56,883 nucleotides of DNA from NCBI GenBank assembly GCA_934446465.1, contig CAKSEF010000004.1, positions 1 to 56,883 on the forward strand, in the 5' to 3' direction. Position numbers and translations under genes: made by a program. Each line of letters opens with the position of its first letter. Positions within the stretch are counted from its first letter, which is position 1. The notes below the pieces were generated by a model. It did no database searches. It was not told the DNA's origin and saw only the letters and a program-made list of their open reading frames with translations. The DNA is from an uncultured Oscillospiraceae bacterium. GTDB lineage: Bacteria; Bacillota; Clostridia; Oscillospirales; JAAYXM01. Positions 17,236-26,448 of the stretch are shown in pieces.

Positions 17236-18906
17236 CTATTTCTTTTTCGACCAAGAATCCTTAAGCGAAACGGTTCTGTTAAACACGGGCATATCTTCGG
17301 TCGAAAGCTTTAAGTCCTTATTAAAATATCCGTTGCGCAGGAACTGATAATGTCCGTCCCCTATATTATCATTTATTGACGCTTCGCACTTTGCGTCCTT
17401 AAGAATTTCAAGTGAGTTTGGATTAAGATTATCTGTAAACGCACCGCCCTCGGAAAACTCATTCGGATTCTGTGCGGTAAAGAGGTTGTCATAGATGCGA
17501 ACCTCGGCGTTCTGTGCGTTGTGCGCAGATACCCAATGAATCGTTCCTTTTACTTTTCTTCCGTCGGGTGTCCCGCCGCCGTAGCTCTCCGGATCATAAT
17601 CAGCATGGATTACGGTTACGTTACCGTTTTCATCCGTCTCAAAGCTTTTACACGTTACATAATAAGCATACTTGAGTCTTACTTCATTTCCCGGGAACAT
17701 GCGGAAGTATCCTTTTATCGGTTCTGCCATAAAGTCGTCGCGCTCTATATACAACTCGCGTGAAAACTCCACCTTGTGTGTTCCGGCGCTTTCATCCGAC
17801 GGATTGTTCTGTGCTTCAAACGTTTCAACTTTACCTTCCGAATAGTTGTCGATAATAAGCTTTATCGGACGCAGAACAACCATCATTCTCACGGCACGCT
17901 CGTTCAAATCTTCTCTTATGCACTGTTCGAGAAATGAATACTCAACTGTACTGTATGTTTTGGAAACACCGATTCGCTCACAAAAGTTTCTAATTGCTTC
18001 GGGTGTATATCCGCGGCGGCGGAGACCTGAAAGCGTTGGCATACGCGGGTCATCCCATCCGTCGACGAATTTTTCTTCCACAAGCTGTCGCAGATATCTT
18101 TTCGACATAACGGTATTTGTTATGTTAAGTCTCGCGAACTCTATCTGGCGCGGAGGATTGTCAAATCCGATTTCCCTCACAACCCAGTCGTAAAGCGGAC
18201 GGTGATTTTCAAACTCGATAGAACAGAGAGAGTGTGTTATACCCTCGAGTGCATCCTGTATCGGATGTGCAAAATCGTAAAGCGGATATATGCACCACTT
18301 ATTGCCCTGTCGGTGATGTTCGGTGTGGAGTATGCGGTATATAGCGGGGTCGCGCATATTCATATTCGGGGACGCCATATCGATTTTTGCACGGAGAGTA
18401 TGTGTACCGTCGGCAAACTCACCGTTTTTCATTCTTATAAACAGGTCGAGATTTTCCTCTACGCTCCTGTTTCGATAAGGACTGTCTTTTCCCGGTTCCG
18501 TCAGGGTCCCGCGATACTCGCGCATTTCATTGGCCGAGAGGTCGCAGACGTATGCCTTCCCCTTTTTTATAAGCTCAACCGCAAAATCGAAGCATTTATC
18601 GAAATAGTCGGAGCCGTAGAAAATACCGCCGTTCGGTTCTGCTCCGAGCCAGCGCAAATCTTCTTCGATTGATTTTACGTATTCGTCATCCTCCCTCACG
18701 GGGTTTGTATCGTCATAGCGGAGATTGAAAAGTCCGTTATACTTTTTTGCGACTCCCGCACTTATCCAAATTGCCTTTGCGCTCCCGATATGGAGATATC
18801 CGTTCGGCTCGGGCGGAAAGCGTGTATGGATTTTTTCAATGCCTTTTTCGGCAATATCTTCGTTAATTGCTTCGTATATGAAGTTTGTCTGGTTTAAACC
18901 GTCCAT
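17236..18906 (-). CDS. glnS: Glutamine--tRNA ligase
   Basis: [18 protein letters not shown] (HIGH), VMSKR, long C-terminal anticodon-binding beta-barrel region, 556 aa. Confidence 0.9.
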   Translation of the reverse strand: MDGLNQTNFIYEAINEDIAEKGIEKIHTRFPPEPNGYLHIGSAKAIWISAGVAKKYNGLFNLRYDDTNPVREDDEYVKSIEEDLRWLGAEPNGGIFYGSDYFDKCFDFAVELIKKGKAYVCDLSANEMREYRGTLTEPGKDSPYRNRSVEENLDLFIRMKNGEFADGTHTLRAKIDMASPNMNMRDPAIYRILHTEHHRQGNKWCIYPLYDFAHPIQDALEGITHSLCSIEFENHRPLYDWVVREIGFDNPPRQIEFARLNITNTVMSKRYLRQLVEEKFVDGWDDPRMPTLSGLRRRGYTPEAIRNFCERIGVSKTYSTVEYSFLEQCIREDLNERAVRMMVVLRPIKLIIDNYSEGKVETFEAQNNPSDESAGTHKVEFSRELYIERDDFMAEPIKGYFRMFPGNEVRLKYAYYVTCKSFETDENGNVTVIHADYDPESYGGGTPDGRKVKGTIHWVSAHNAQNAEVRIYDNLFTAQNPNEFSEGGAFTDNLNPNSLEILKDAKCEASINDNIGDGHYQFLRNGYFNKDLKLSTEDMPVFNRTVSLKDSWSKKK

Positions 18907-19059
18907 TATATTAAGCTACCTCCGATGTGCTGTATTTATGTTATATTTTACCACACATTGTATTAAATACTCAATACTAATTTGAAATTTATATTTGCTT
19001 TTTAGATAATTTCATGGTATATTCTTAGTTGGTAAATAAAGTTTGGAGGTAGTTATACA

Positions 19060-20304
19060 ATGGAACAGCTTAAAGGTGCGTGTATTATCGGTCAGTCAGG
19101 CGGTCCTACGAGCGTTATTAACGCAAGTGCGCTCGGTGCAATGCAGACTGCGCTTCATTCCGACTGCATAACGCGTGTTCTCGGAGCGGCAAACGGAATA
19201 AAGGGAGTTCTTGACGACAAGCTCTACGACATTAATCTTGAGGATGAGAAGGAGCTTGAGCTTCTCCGCTTCACGCCGTCATCTGCCCTCGGTTCCTGCC
19301 GTTATAAAATTGCAGACCCGGATGTTGACGATACCGATTACAAGAGAATTCTTGAGATATTCAAGAAGTACAATGTCCGCTATTTCTTCTATAACGGCGG
19401 AAATGACTCGATGGATACTTGCAATAAAATCTCAAAATATATGCAGAAGGTCGGATACGAGTGCCGTATAATGGGTATTCCGAAGACTATTGACAACGAC
19501 CTTTTCGGCACTGACCACTGCCCCGGATACGGAAGCGCCGCAAAGTACATCGCGACATCCTGCATGGAAGTATACCACGACGCCCGAGTATATGACACGG
19601 GAATGATAACCGTTCTTGAGATTATGGGACGTAACGCAGGCTGGCTTGCCGCCTCTGCTGCTCTCGCTTCAATAAAGGGCTGCGGACCTGACCTCGTATA
19701 TCTTCCGGAAGTTGATTTTGACATGGACAAGTTCCTCGCTGATGTACAGCGCATCTACAAGGAAAACGGCAAGGTTATTGTTGCGGTCTCCGAGGGAATT
19801 AAGGACTCTGACGGGAAGTACATTTCCGAGTATGGCAGCAGTCTTGCCGCCACAAAGGATGCCTTCGGCCATGCTCAAATGGGCGGACTTGCATCAACGC
19901 TTGCAAATATCGTTAAAGAGAAAACAGGAGCAAAGGTTCGCGGAATCGAATTCTCTCTGCTTCAGAGATGTGCCGCTCACTGCGCTTCAAAAACCGACTA
20001 TGATGAATCTTATGCCGCCGGAAAGGCCGCAGTTGAGAATGCCGTCAACGGTATTACGGACAAGATGGTCGGCTTTGAGTGCACTCGCGACGGCGGATAC
20101 AAATGCGAAATCAAACTCTTCCCGCTTGACATCGTTGCAAATACGGAGAAGAAAGTTCCGCGTGAATGGATTAACGAGGAAGGCAACGGCTTAAATCAGG
20201 CATTTATTGATTATGCTCTCCCGCTTATCTACGGCGAAACAGAGCTTCCGAAGGAAAACGGCCTCCCCCGCTTTGCACGCCTTAAGAAGATTCTTGCAAA
20301 ATAA
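19060..20304 (+). CDS. pfp: Phosphofructokinase, PPi-dependent type by active-site residues
   Basis: GGPTSVIN, NGGNDSMDT (Asp where ATP-PFKs have GGDGS Gly), IPKTIDNDL (Lys where ATP-PFKs have Gly), MGRNAGWLA. Confidence 0.85.
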   Translation: MEQLKGACIIGQSGGPTSVINASALGAMQTALHSDCITRVLGAANGIKGVLDDKLYDINLEDEKELELLRFTPSSALGSCRYKIADPDVDDTDYKRILEIFKKYNVRYFFYNGGNDSMDTCNKISKYMQKVGYECRIMGIPKTIDNDLFGTDHCPGYGSAAKYIATSCMEVYHDARVYDTGMITVLEIMGRNAGWLAASAALASIKGCGPDLVYLPEVDFDMDKFLADVQRIYKENGKVIVAVSEGIKDSDGKYISEYGSSLAATKDAFGHAQMGGLASTLANIVKEKTGAKVRGIEFSLLQRCAAHCASKTDYDESYAAGKAAVENAVNGITDKMVGFECTRDGGYKCEIKLFPLDIVANTEKKVPREWINEEGNGLNQAFIDYALPLIYGETELPKENGLPRFARLKKILAK

Positions 20305-20320
20305 GATATATTACTAAATT

Positions 20321-20358
20321 ATACGCCTTAGCCGATTATGGCTAAGGCGTATTTTTGT
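20321..20358 (+). terminator. Rho-independent terminator after pfp
   Basis: ATACGCCTTAGCC / GGCTAAGGCGTAT stem followed by TTTTTG. Confidence 0.8.
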
Positions 20359-20420
20359 ACTTGCCATCTATCTCGTTTTTGTTTTTTCCGCATAATATGT
20401 TTTGTAAAGGAGCGATGGAT

Positions 20421-20861
20421 ATGGCCTTTTCTGACAGAGAACTTCTTGCCCGGCTCATTCAATGCGAAGCAGGAGGCGAGGGCGATAACGGTATGCGTGC
20501 CGTTGCAAGCGTTATCATGAACCGTGTATATGCGCCTGACGGCGAATATGCGAGAGTCGGAGAACAGAACATACGAAACATTATTTTTCAACCCGGACAG
20601 TTTGCGTGCGCAACGGACTACTACAACAACAGATATAATCCCCAAAACATATACAATATGCGTCCGGAACAAATACACTACGATATTGCCAACTGGGCCA
20701 TTGCGGGAAACAGGCTCTCCCCTCTCGGTGAAGCACTTTGGTTTTTTAATCCTTATTCCACCGAATGTCGGGAGTATTTTCCGAGCCAAGTCGGCATATT
20801 TGCTGTCAGGATTGGCGAGCATTGCTTCTACGACCCGACAGAGGCATATTCAGAAACTTAA
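20421..20861 (+). CDS. Cell-wall hydrolase, SleB/CwlJ (spore cortex-lytic) family
   Basis: MAFSDRELLARLIQCEAGGEGDNGMRAVASVIMNRV...IIFQPGQFA... hydrolase_2 signature. AAGGAG RBS 8 nt upstream. Confidence 0.85.
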   Translation: MAFSDRELLARLIQCEAGGEGDNGMRAVASVIMNRVYAPDGEYARVGEQNIRNIIFQPGQFACATDYYNNRYNPQNIYNMRPEQIHYDIANWAIAGNRLSPLGEALWFFNPYSTECREYFPSQVGIFAVRIGEHCFYDPTEAYSET

Positions 20862-20875
20862 AGGAGCGTGTTTTT

Positions 20876-21169
20876 ATGGACAGAGGTTTTTTTGACCAAC
20901 CTCAAACAACTATCCCGGTAAGTGAGGACGCTATACAGATGCTCGGCGAAATGCTTCAATCGAGCATCGGATTCTATGTTGTCTGTGATTTCCTAATCGG
21001 AACGCAGAACATTGAAACAAGAGACGGAATCTTATATCAGGTTGGGACTAACTACATTACTCTGTATCAACAAAGTCTGAACAGATATATAGTGTGCGAT
21101 TTATATTCACTCAAATTTATAACTATTTACAATCTCAGGGAAGCCCCTCCGCGTCCGATAGCCGGATAA
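20876..21169 (+). CDS. gerQ: GerQ-like spore coat protein (CwlJ partner)
   Basis: 97 aa. ...GFYVVCDFLIGTQNIETRDGILYQVGTNYITLYQQSLNRYIVCDLYSLKFITIY resembles the GerQ/YwdL C-terminal domain. AAAGGAG RBS. Lies immediately downstream of the cwlJ-like gene. Confidence 0.65.
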   Translation: MDRGFFDQPQTTIPVSEDAIQMLGEMLQSSIGFYVVCDFLIGTQNIETRDGILYQVGTNYITLYQQSLNRYIVCDLYSLKFITIYNLREAPPRPIAG

Positions 21170-21171
21170 TT

Positions 21172-21203
21172 AAAACCGCATCCTTTTTTCGGGATGCGGT
21201 TTT
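21172..21203. terminator. Bidirectional terminator between gerQ-like and Na/Pi transporter genes
   Basis: AAAACCGCATCC / GGGATGCGGTTTT arms, loop TTTTTTC. Confidence 0.75.
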
Positions 21204-21206
21204 CTT

Positions 21207-22967
21207 TTATTCACTGAGCATATACTTTTCGGAATATTTTGTAAAATCGTGCATAAACTCGGGACCCATAGCCGTTTTTATTTCATTGAGATAACCGTGT
21301 GTTCCCATCTGTGTTTTCTTAATCTGTATCACGCAAACCGCTATATTGGAGCAATGGTCTGATACTCTTTCGCAGTTATTGAGCAAATCGGAGAGCACAA
21401 ATCCGAGTTCGATTGTGCACTCGCCCTTTTGAAGCCGTTTTACATGGCGCGCCTTTATCTCACTGCTGAGTCCGTCTATTACCTGCTCAAACGGCTCGAC
21501 ATGACCTGCAAGGCCTTCATCATTGTTCTCAAAAGCTCTTATTGACATATCAAGTATTTCACATACCGCGTTAATAAGCGTTTTAATTTCGTCTTTTGCC
21601 TTTTCCGAGAACGAAATTGATTTCTCGTTAATTTCCCTTGCGACCTTCAGTACGTTCACGGCATGGTCGCCTATTCTCTCAAAGTCGCCTATCGTATACA
21701 GCAGGCGGGATATTTCGCGTCCGTCCTGTTCTGAAACATTAAGACTCGAAAGCTTGACAAGGTATGTACCGAGTTTATCCTCATAGATGTCGATTTTCGA
21801 CTCATTTCTCTCTATTTTATCGGCAAGGTCATTGGAGTAGTTCCAAAGAAGCTCGGATGCCTCCAAAAATGTTTCTTGGGCGAGCCTTGCCATATCGGCA
21901 GTTATTCCCTTGCACCGCTCAACCGCAAAGCTTGGCGTATTGAGAAGACGTTCGTCAAGAAAGTCGATACTGTCATCGTCTTCATCATCGCGTATGGATA
22001 TTGTTGCAAGGCGTCCAAGCTGTTTTGAAAACGGAAGCAGCAGGAGCGTTGAACCGAGATTGAAGGCTGTGTGTACTACCGCTATGCTCACGACGTTCAT
22101 TGACATGGACTTAAACGAAAAATCGAAAATTAAATCAAGTCCGTAATACAACAGGAAGAAGAAAATAACACCGATTATATTGAAATACAGATGAATCAAA
22201 GCCGTGCGTTTTGCGTTCTTTTTAGCACCGATACACGAAATAAGCGTCGTTGTGCACGAGCCGATATTCTGACCGAAAATCATCGGTATCGCAAATCCGT
22301 AGGTTACATTGCCGGCAACAGCCATTGCCTGCATGATTCCCACTGAAGCGGAAGAGCTTTGAAGGAGTGTTGTGAGGCAGAATCCCGCCAAAATACCGAG
22401 GAACGGGTTTGTGAACATCAAAAGGAAATTTTGGAATCCCGGAAGACTCGTGATTGGCTGCATCTTCACAATCATCGTGTCCATGCCGAACATAAGGATT
22501 CCGAATCCGACAAGAATTGTTCCTATATCACGGTGTCTGCGGTTTTTGGAAAGCATTATCATTGCAATTCCGATAAACGCGAGGACGGGAGAAAAGTTGG
22601 CAGGCTTAAGCATCTGCACCCAGAAGCTTTCGCCCTGTATTCCCGTAAGGCTCAGTATCCAAGCCGTTGCGGTGGTGCCTATATTTGCGCCCATTATTAT
22701 GCCTATTGACTGTGTAATCGTCATGATACCGGAATTTACAAATCCGACGACCATTACGGTTGTAGCCGCAGACGACTGGATTACCGCCGTTACAAGAGCC
22801 CCAAGCAAAACGCCCTTAATTGTTTTGTTTGAAAGGCGTTCGAGTATACTCTCAAGTTTGCTTCCCGAGAGACTCTCAAGCCCCTGACCGAGCACCTTCA
22901 TTCCGTAAAGAAACATTGCTATTCCGCCGAGAAGTCCGAAAACCGAAAAAAACATCTCCGTATTCAA
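21207..22967 (-). CDS. Na+/phosphate cotransporter family protein with C-terminal PhoU-like domains
   Basis: N-terminal polytopic region (GMKVLGQGLE..., duplicated ...QSSSA...). C-terminal ...RLLYTIGDFERIGDHAVN... and ...LLNNCERVSDHCSNIA (PhoU repeats). Probable TTG start after AGGAGGT. Confidence 0.85.
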   Translation of the reverse strand: MNTEMFFSVFGLLGGIAMFLYGMKVLGQGLESLSGSKLESILERLSNKTIKGVLLGALVTAVIQSSAATTVMVVGFVNSGIMTITQSIGIIMGANIGTTATAWILSLTGIQGESFWVQMLKPANFSPVLAFIGIAMIMLSKNRRHRDIGTILVGFGILMFGMDTMIVKMQPITSLPGFQNFLLMFTNPFLGILAGFCLTTLLQSSSASVGIMQAMAVAGNVTYGFAIPMIFGQNIGSCTTTLISCIGAKKNAKRTALIHLYFNIIGVIFFFLLYYGLDLIFDFSFKSMSMNVVSIAVVHTAFNLGSTLLLLPFSKQLGRLATISIRDDEDDDSIDFLDERLLNTPSFAVERCKGITADMARLAQETFLEASELLWNYSNDLADKIERNESKIDIYEDKLGTYLVKLSSLNVSEQDGREISRLLYTIGDFERIGDHAVNVLKVAREINEKSISFSEKAKDEIKTLINAVCEILDMSIRAFENNDEGLAGHVEPFEQVIDGLSSEIKARHVKRLQKGECTIELGFVLSDLLNNCERVSDHCSNIAVCVIQIKKTQMGTHGYLNEIKTAMGPEFMHDFTKYSEKYMLSE

Positions 22968-23186
22968 AATTCTTACCTCCTACATTCTTAACATCCTTCT
23001 GTATAATCAATCCGCATCATAAAACGCAGAGCAAACACTCGCTTTTACATGATATCACAGTCTTTGACAATTTTCAATTTATCTTACGAAAGAAAATCAT
23101 TTTCTTCGACGTTGTAATTTTGTGTAATTTGTATATAGACTGTTTTCAGCGGGAATAATTTACTAAACCCAAATTTGGAGGTGTTT

Positions 23187-24386
23187 ATGATAAATACTGT
23201 CGGAGATACTTACTTTTCCTTTGAGGAATCAGGCATTATCGACGGAGCAATGAACGAAATAACTCCCGAATTCATAATGCGTCTCGGATTTGCCTCGGCA
23301 TCGGTCGAACATCGAATACTCGTTGCATATTCAAATTGTGCCGTCTGCCGTCTTCTTGCCAACTCTTTTATAGCGGGGGCCGCGTCGTGCGGTGCTCAGA
23401 TAACCGAGGCAGATGCAGAAATCTATTCTGTCATGTGTTATATTTCACGTGCCTATATTTTTAATCTTGCCGTTTTTATAGAATATGACAACGGCGGGCT
23501 AAAAATAAGAATGACTGATAAGTTTGGTCTTCCCCTTCCTCGGATACTTTGCAAAAAGATACAATTATCTTCGTCAGCGCACGAGCGCGCCCCGATTTCA
23601 GACATACACGCACCGAAAGGCATTGCCGGAGTGCCGGATATGTATGCCGAGGAACTGTCGGGCAGATATAATCTGGGCGGTATGCGTCTTTCGGTAGAGG
23701 GAAAGAGCAAATCATCGGAAATTCTCCGTTCATGCCTGCGTCGCTCCGGAGCCGTTTTGGTATCAAGTGCGGAAAGAGTCCCCGTATTCTCGGTTTCAGA
23801 GGACGGCATGAGTCTCCAATTCCGCGACGAAAAATCGGAATGGTATGATGCAGGCCATGCTCAGGCAATTCTTGCATTTTTGCACTTCTTATCGGGAAGC
23901 CGTGAACTTGCCGTATTCCCGTCCGCTCCGGCAATTTCGGAACAAATCGCGGATGACTTCGGCGGTCGTGTCCTCCGCATCGGACGCGATGACGGAGCCC
24001 GCGATACGTTTATTACCCATAATTCGTTTCATGATGCAATATCCGCCGTATTGTTTATCTGTTCTTATCTGAAAAACAGGAAAAAGACCTTATCGGAAAT
24101 TTCCGTAAATATACCAAGCTTTACACTTATTTCGAGAGAGGTTAATTTAAATAAAGACAGGAAGGCGATTTTGGACGCGATTGCAAAATCACGGGACGGG
24201 CTTCACAAAGAGCAGGCCGGGTGTCTCAGAGTATGCGCAGACGGAGGTTGGGTGAGCATATCCCCTTCCCGTTCCAAGAGCTCGCTCCGCATAACCGGCG
24301 AGGGTGTCAGTGAGGAGATAGCTTCCGAGCTTTGCAATCTTTTTGTTGAAAAGGCACTCACTTTCGACAGCAGTCTGCAAAATTAG
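23187..24386 (+). CDS. Phosphohexomutase (GlmM/PGM)-like protein lacking the catalytic motifs
   Basis: GIIDGAMNEITPEFIMRLGFA resembles GlmM G(V/I)RG.AN.ELTPE...LG. Positions equivalent to SASHNP, DGDGDR and RPSGTEP read IEYDNG, SEDGMS and SPSRSKS. GGAGGTG RBS. Confidence 0.6.
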   Translation: MINTVGDTYFSFEESGIIDGAMNEITPEFIMRLGFASASVEHRILVAYSNCAVCRLLANSFIAGAASCGAQITEADAEIYSVMCYISRAYIFNLAVFIEYDNGGLKIRMTDKFGLPLPRILCKKIQLSSSAHERAPISDIHAPKGIAGVPDMYAEELSGRYNLGGMRLSVEGKSKSSEILRSCLRRSGAVLVSSAERVPVFSVSEDGMSLQFRDEKSEWYDAGHAQAILAFLHFLSGSRELAVFPSAPAISEQIADDFGGRVLRIGRDDGARDTFITHNSFHDAISAVLFICSYLKNRKKTLSEISVNIPSFTLISREVNLNKDRKAILDAIAKSRDGLHKEQAGCLRVCADGGWVSISPSRSKSSLRITGEGVSEEIASELCNLFVEKALTFDSSLQN

Positions 24387-24389
24387 TAA

Positions 24390-24418
24390 TAGACAAAAAA
24401 GTCAAAATGTGCTATAAT
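24390..24418 (+). promoter_or_regulatory. Sigma-A promoter (extended -10) for the rnj leader
   Basis: TAGACA (24390-24395), 17 nt, TGcTATAAT (24410-24418). Confidence 0.6.
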
Positions 24419-24424
24419 ACAAAT

Positions 24425-24759
24425 ATCTTTTAATTTGTCTTTATTTTCGGAATTACTATATATCAAACTGAAGAGAGATTCTGCGCGGTCATACTTTAAA
24501 GCATCCGCAGCAAACGGCCGTTCCTTTCATCGGCATAGTTCGGTGTGCTGATTGGCGGTCCTTGCCGTGTCTGCGGACTTGTTTTGCATTGCGCACCTTA
24601 AGCCCTCCCCGCCCACACGCATTTTGCGTTTATGTGGGATTTGGGGCGTTGTTTTTGTGCAGAATTTCTCTCCTACATATTAGCAATTTCGTCTTAAACC
24701 GATACGGTTTAAGGAGTAAAGTTAACTATCAAACGAAAAATTTACGGAGAAGTGATTTA
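24425..24759 (+). promoter_or_regulatory. Long structured 5' leader of rnj (possible attenuator or independent sRNA)
   Basis: About 335 nt between promoter and start codon, with mutually exclusive helices and a terminator-like element (see findings). Confidence 0.5.
24607..24657 (+). terminator. Terminator-like hairpin inside the rnj leader
   Basis: CCCC-G-CCCACA ... TGTGGG-ATTT-GGGG followed by CGTTGTTTTTGTG. Confidence 0.45.
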
Positions 24760-26418
24760 ATGGCACAAAAATTAAAGGTCTTTGCCCTCGGCGGGCTGAA
24801 TGAAATCGGAAAAAACATGTACGTTTACGAGTATGCCGGCGAGATTATCGTCGTTGACTGCGGTCTTGCATTTCCGGATGACGATATGCTCGGAATTGAT
24901 TTGGTTATCCCGGATATTGCGTATCTTAAAAAACACAAAAACCGTGTCCGTGCAATTATTATAACACACGGGCATGAGGATCACATCGGCGCGCTTCCGT
25001 ACGTCTTGAAGGAAATCAATGTCCCAATCTACGCGACGAAGCTCACAGCCGGAATAATTAAAAAGAAGCTCGAGGAGCATAATCTCCTCTCAAAAACAAA
25101 AATCAAGATAGCGTCCCCCGGAACCAAGCTGAAAATAGGTTCTTTTGATGTCGAGATGATTCACGTAAATCATTCCATAGCCGATTCAGTTGCACTTGCT
25201 ATCAAGACTCCGCTGGGAACCGTTGTTCACACAGGCGACTACAAGCTTGACATAACCCCGATTCAGGGCGAGATGATGGACATTGCGCGTCTCGGACAGC
25301 TTGGAAAATCGGGTGTGCTTGCGCTTATGGGCGAATCGACAAATGTTGAACGTCCCGGTTATACCCTTTCGGAATCGACTGTCGGAAAGACGTTTGAGTC
25401 TCTGTTTAAGGATTGCAACCAAAGAATAATTGTTACGACGTTTGCTTCAAACGTGCATCGTGTCCAGCAGATAATCCATGCCGCGGCGCACTACGGCAGA
25501 AAAGTTGCGATAAGCGGACGAAGCATGGAGAACATCATGGATGTGGCAAAAAATCTTGGCTATCTCAATATACCGAACAACACGCTTGTCGACCTAAACA
25601 CAATAAACAAGCATCCAAAAAACAAGACGTGTATAATAACCACGGGAAGCCAGGGCGAAGCCATGTCGGGGCTTTATCGCATAGCTTTTTCCGCTCACAA
25701 GAAAATTGAAATAAAACCAAACGACAGGGTGATAATATCGGCAAGCCCGATTCCCGGAAACGAGAAAGCCATAAGCAACGTAATTAACGAGCTGTACCGG
25801 AAGGGTGCTGAAGTAATCTATGAAAAGCTTGCGGACGTTCACGTTTCGGGACATGCTTGCAGAGAAGAGCTGAAGCTTATGCTTGCGCTCACAAAGCCTA
25901 AATATTTTATTCCGATACACGGCGAACACAGGCACCTCAAAGAGCACCAGGCTCTTGCAATTAAAATGGGGGTTAAGCCGAAGCACACATTTGTGTGCGA
26001 TATCGGACGTGTTGTGGAGTTTACCGAGAAGGGCGCAAAGCTCGGCGCCACCGTACCGTCCGGGAAAATTCTTGTTGACGGAACGGGTGTCGGGGATGTC
26101 GGAACTGTTGTATTGCGCGACCGAAAGCATCTCGCCCAGGACGGAATAATCACGGTGGTTGTTACTCTCAGCAGTGAAACCGGTCAGGTGATAGCCGGTC
26201 CGGACATTGTTTCGCGCGGATTCATATATGTGAAAGAAGCCGAGGACATGATGGACGAATTACGGCAGCTTGCTTCGGATGTCATCAATTCATGTTCCGC
26301 AGGTCCGAGAACCGATTGGGCGACAATCAAGAACACGCTCAAAAGCAGAATTTCCGATTATCTTTATAAGAAAACGAAGCGCAGTCCTATGATTCTTCCG
26401 ATTATAATGGAAATATAG
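24760..26418 (+). CDS. rnj: Ribonuclease J
   Basis: MAQKLKVFALGGLNEIGKNMYVYEY...IITHGHEDHIGALPY (metallo-beta-lactamase HxHxDH), beta-CASP, ...HVSGHA... GGAGAAG RBS. The tracked upstream 66-codon extension lies in the leader. Confidence 0.93.
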   Translation: MAQKLKVFALGGLNEIGKNMYVYEYAGEIIVVDCGLAFPDDDMLGIDLVIPDIAYLKKHKNRVRAIIITHGHEDHIGALPYVLKEINVPIYATKLTAGIIKKKLEEHNLLSKTKIKIASPGTKLKIGSFDVEMIHVNHSIADSVALAIKTPLGTVVHTGDYKLDITPIQGEMMDIARLGQLGKSGVLALMGESTNVERPGYTLSESTVGKTFESLFKDCNQRIIVTTFASNVHRVQQIIHAAAHYGRKVAISGRSMENIMDVAKNLGYLNIPNNTLVDLNTINKHPKNKTCIITTGSQGEAMSGLYRIAFSAHKKIEIKPNDRVIISASPIPGNEKAISNVINELYRKGAEVIYEKLADVHVSGHACREELKLMLALTKPKYFIPIHGEHRHLKEHQALAIKMGVKPKHTFVCDIGRVVEFTEKGAKLGATVPSGKILVDGTGVGDVGTVVLRDRKHLAQDGIITVVVTLSSETGQVIAGPDIVSRGFIYVKEAEDMMDELRQLASDVINSCSAGPRTDWATIKNTLKSRISDYLYKKTKRSPMILPIIMEI

Positions 26419-26448
26419 AAAAAGAGGTGAGATATCTCACCTCTTTTT
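26419..26448. terminator. Bidirectional terminator between rnj and the topoisomerase A-subunit gene
   Basis: AAAAAGAGGTGAGAT / ATCTCACCTCTTTTT perfect palindrome. Confidence 0.8.

Noticed and set aside
18907-19059. Possible T-box leader upstream of glnS-gltX
   Set aside because: The intergenic region is only about 150 nt and is shared with the divergent pfp promoter. No AGAGA/GNUGGUA T-box sequence or terminator is visible.
20385-20400. GCATAATATG upstream of the cwlJ-like gene, considered as a sigma-K/E type -10 (CATAnnnTA)
   Set aside because: It mismatches the consensus at the final position, and no convincing -35 could be assigned by eye. It remains plausible but unsupported.
20328-20822. 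164-aa minus-strand ORF
   Set aside because: It is antisense to the SleB/CwlJ-family gene. It also spans the pfp terminator, which is implausible for a real gene.
23087-23108. Imperfect palindrome CGAAAGAAAAT-C-ATTTTCTTCG upstream of the phosphohexomutase-like gene, considered as a Pho box or operator
   Set aside because: The arms are unequal (one extra A). There are no direct TTAACA-like Pho repeats and no clear -10 nearby, so the evidence is too weak to call.
24562-24759. 66-codon N-terminal extension of the RNase J ORF in the track
   Set aside because: RNase J homologues begin at the MAQKLKVFALGG-type N-terminus. A GGAGAAG RBS precedes the ATG at 24760. The extension runs through a terminator-like hairpin and is Cys/Arg/Phe-rich, which looks like translated noise.
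25594-26130. 178-aa minus-strand ORF
   Set aside because: It is antisense to rnj, inside a well-supported coding region.
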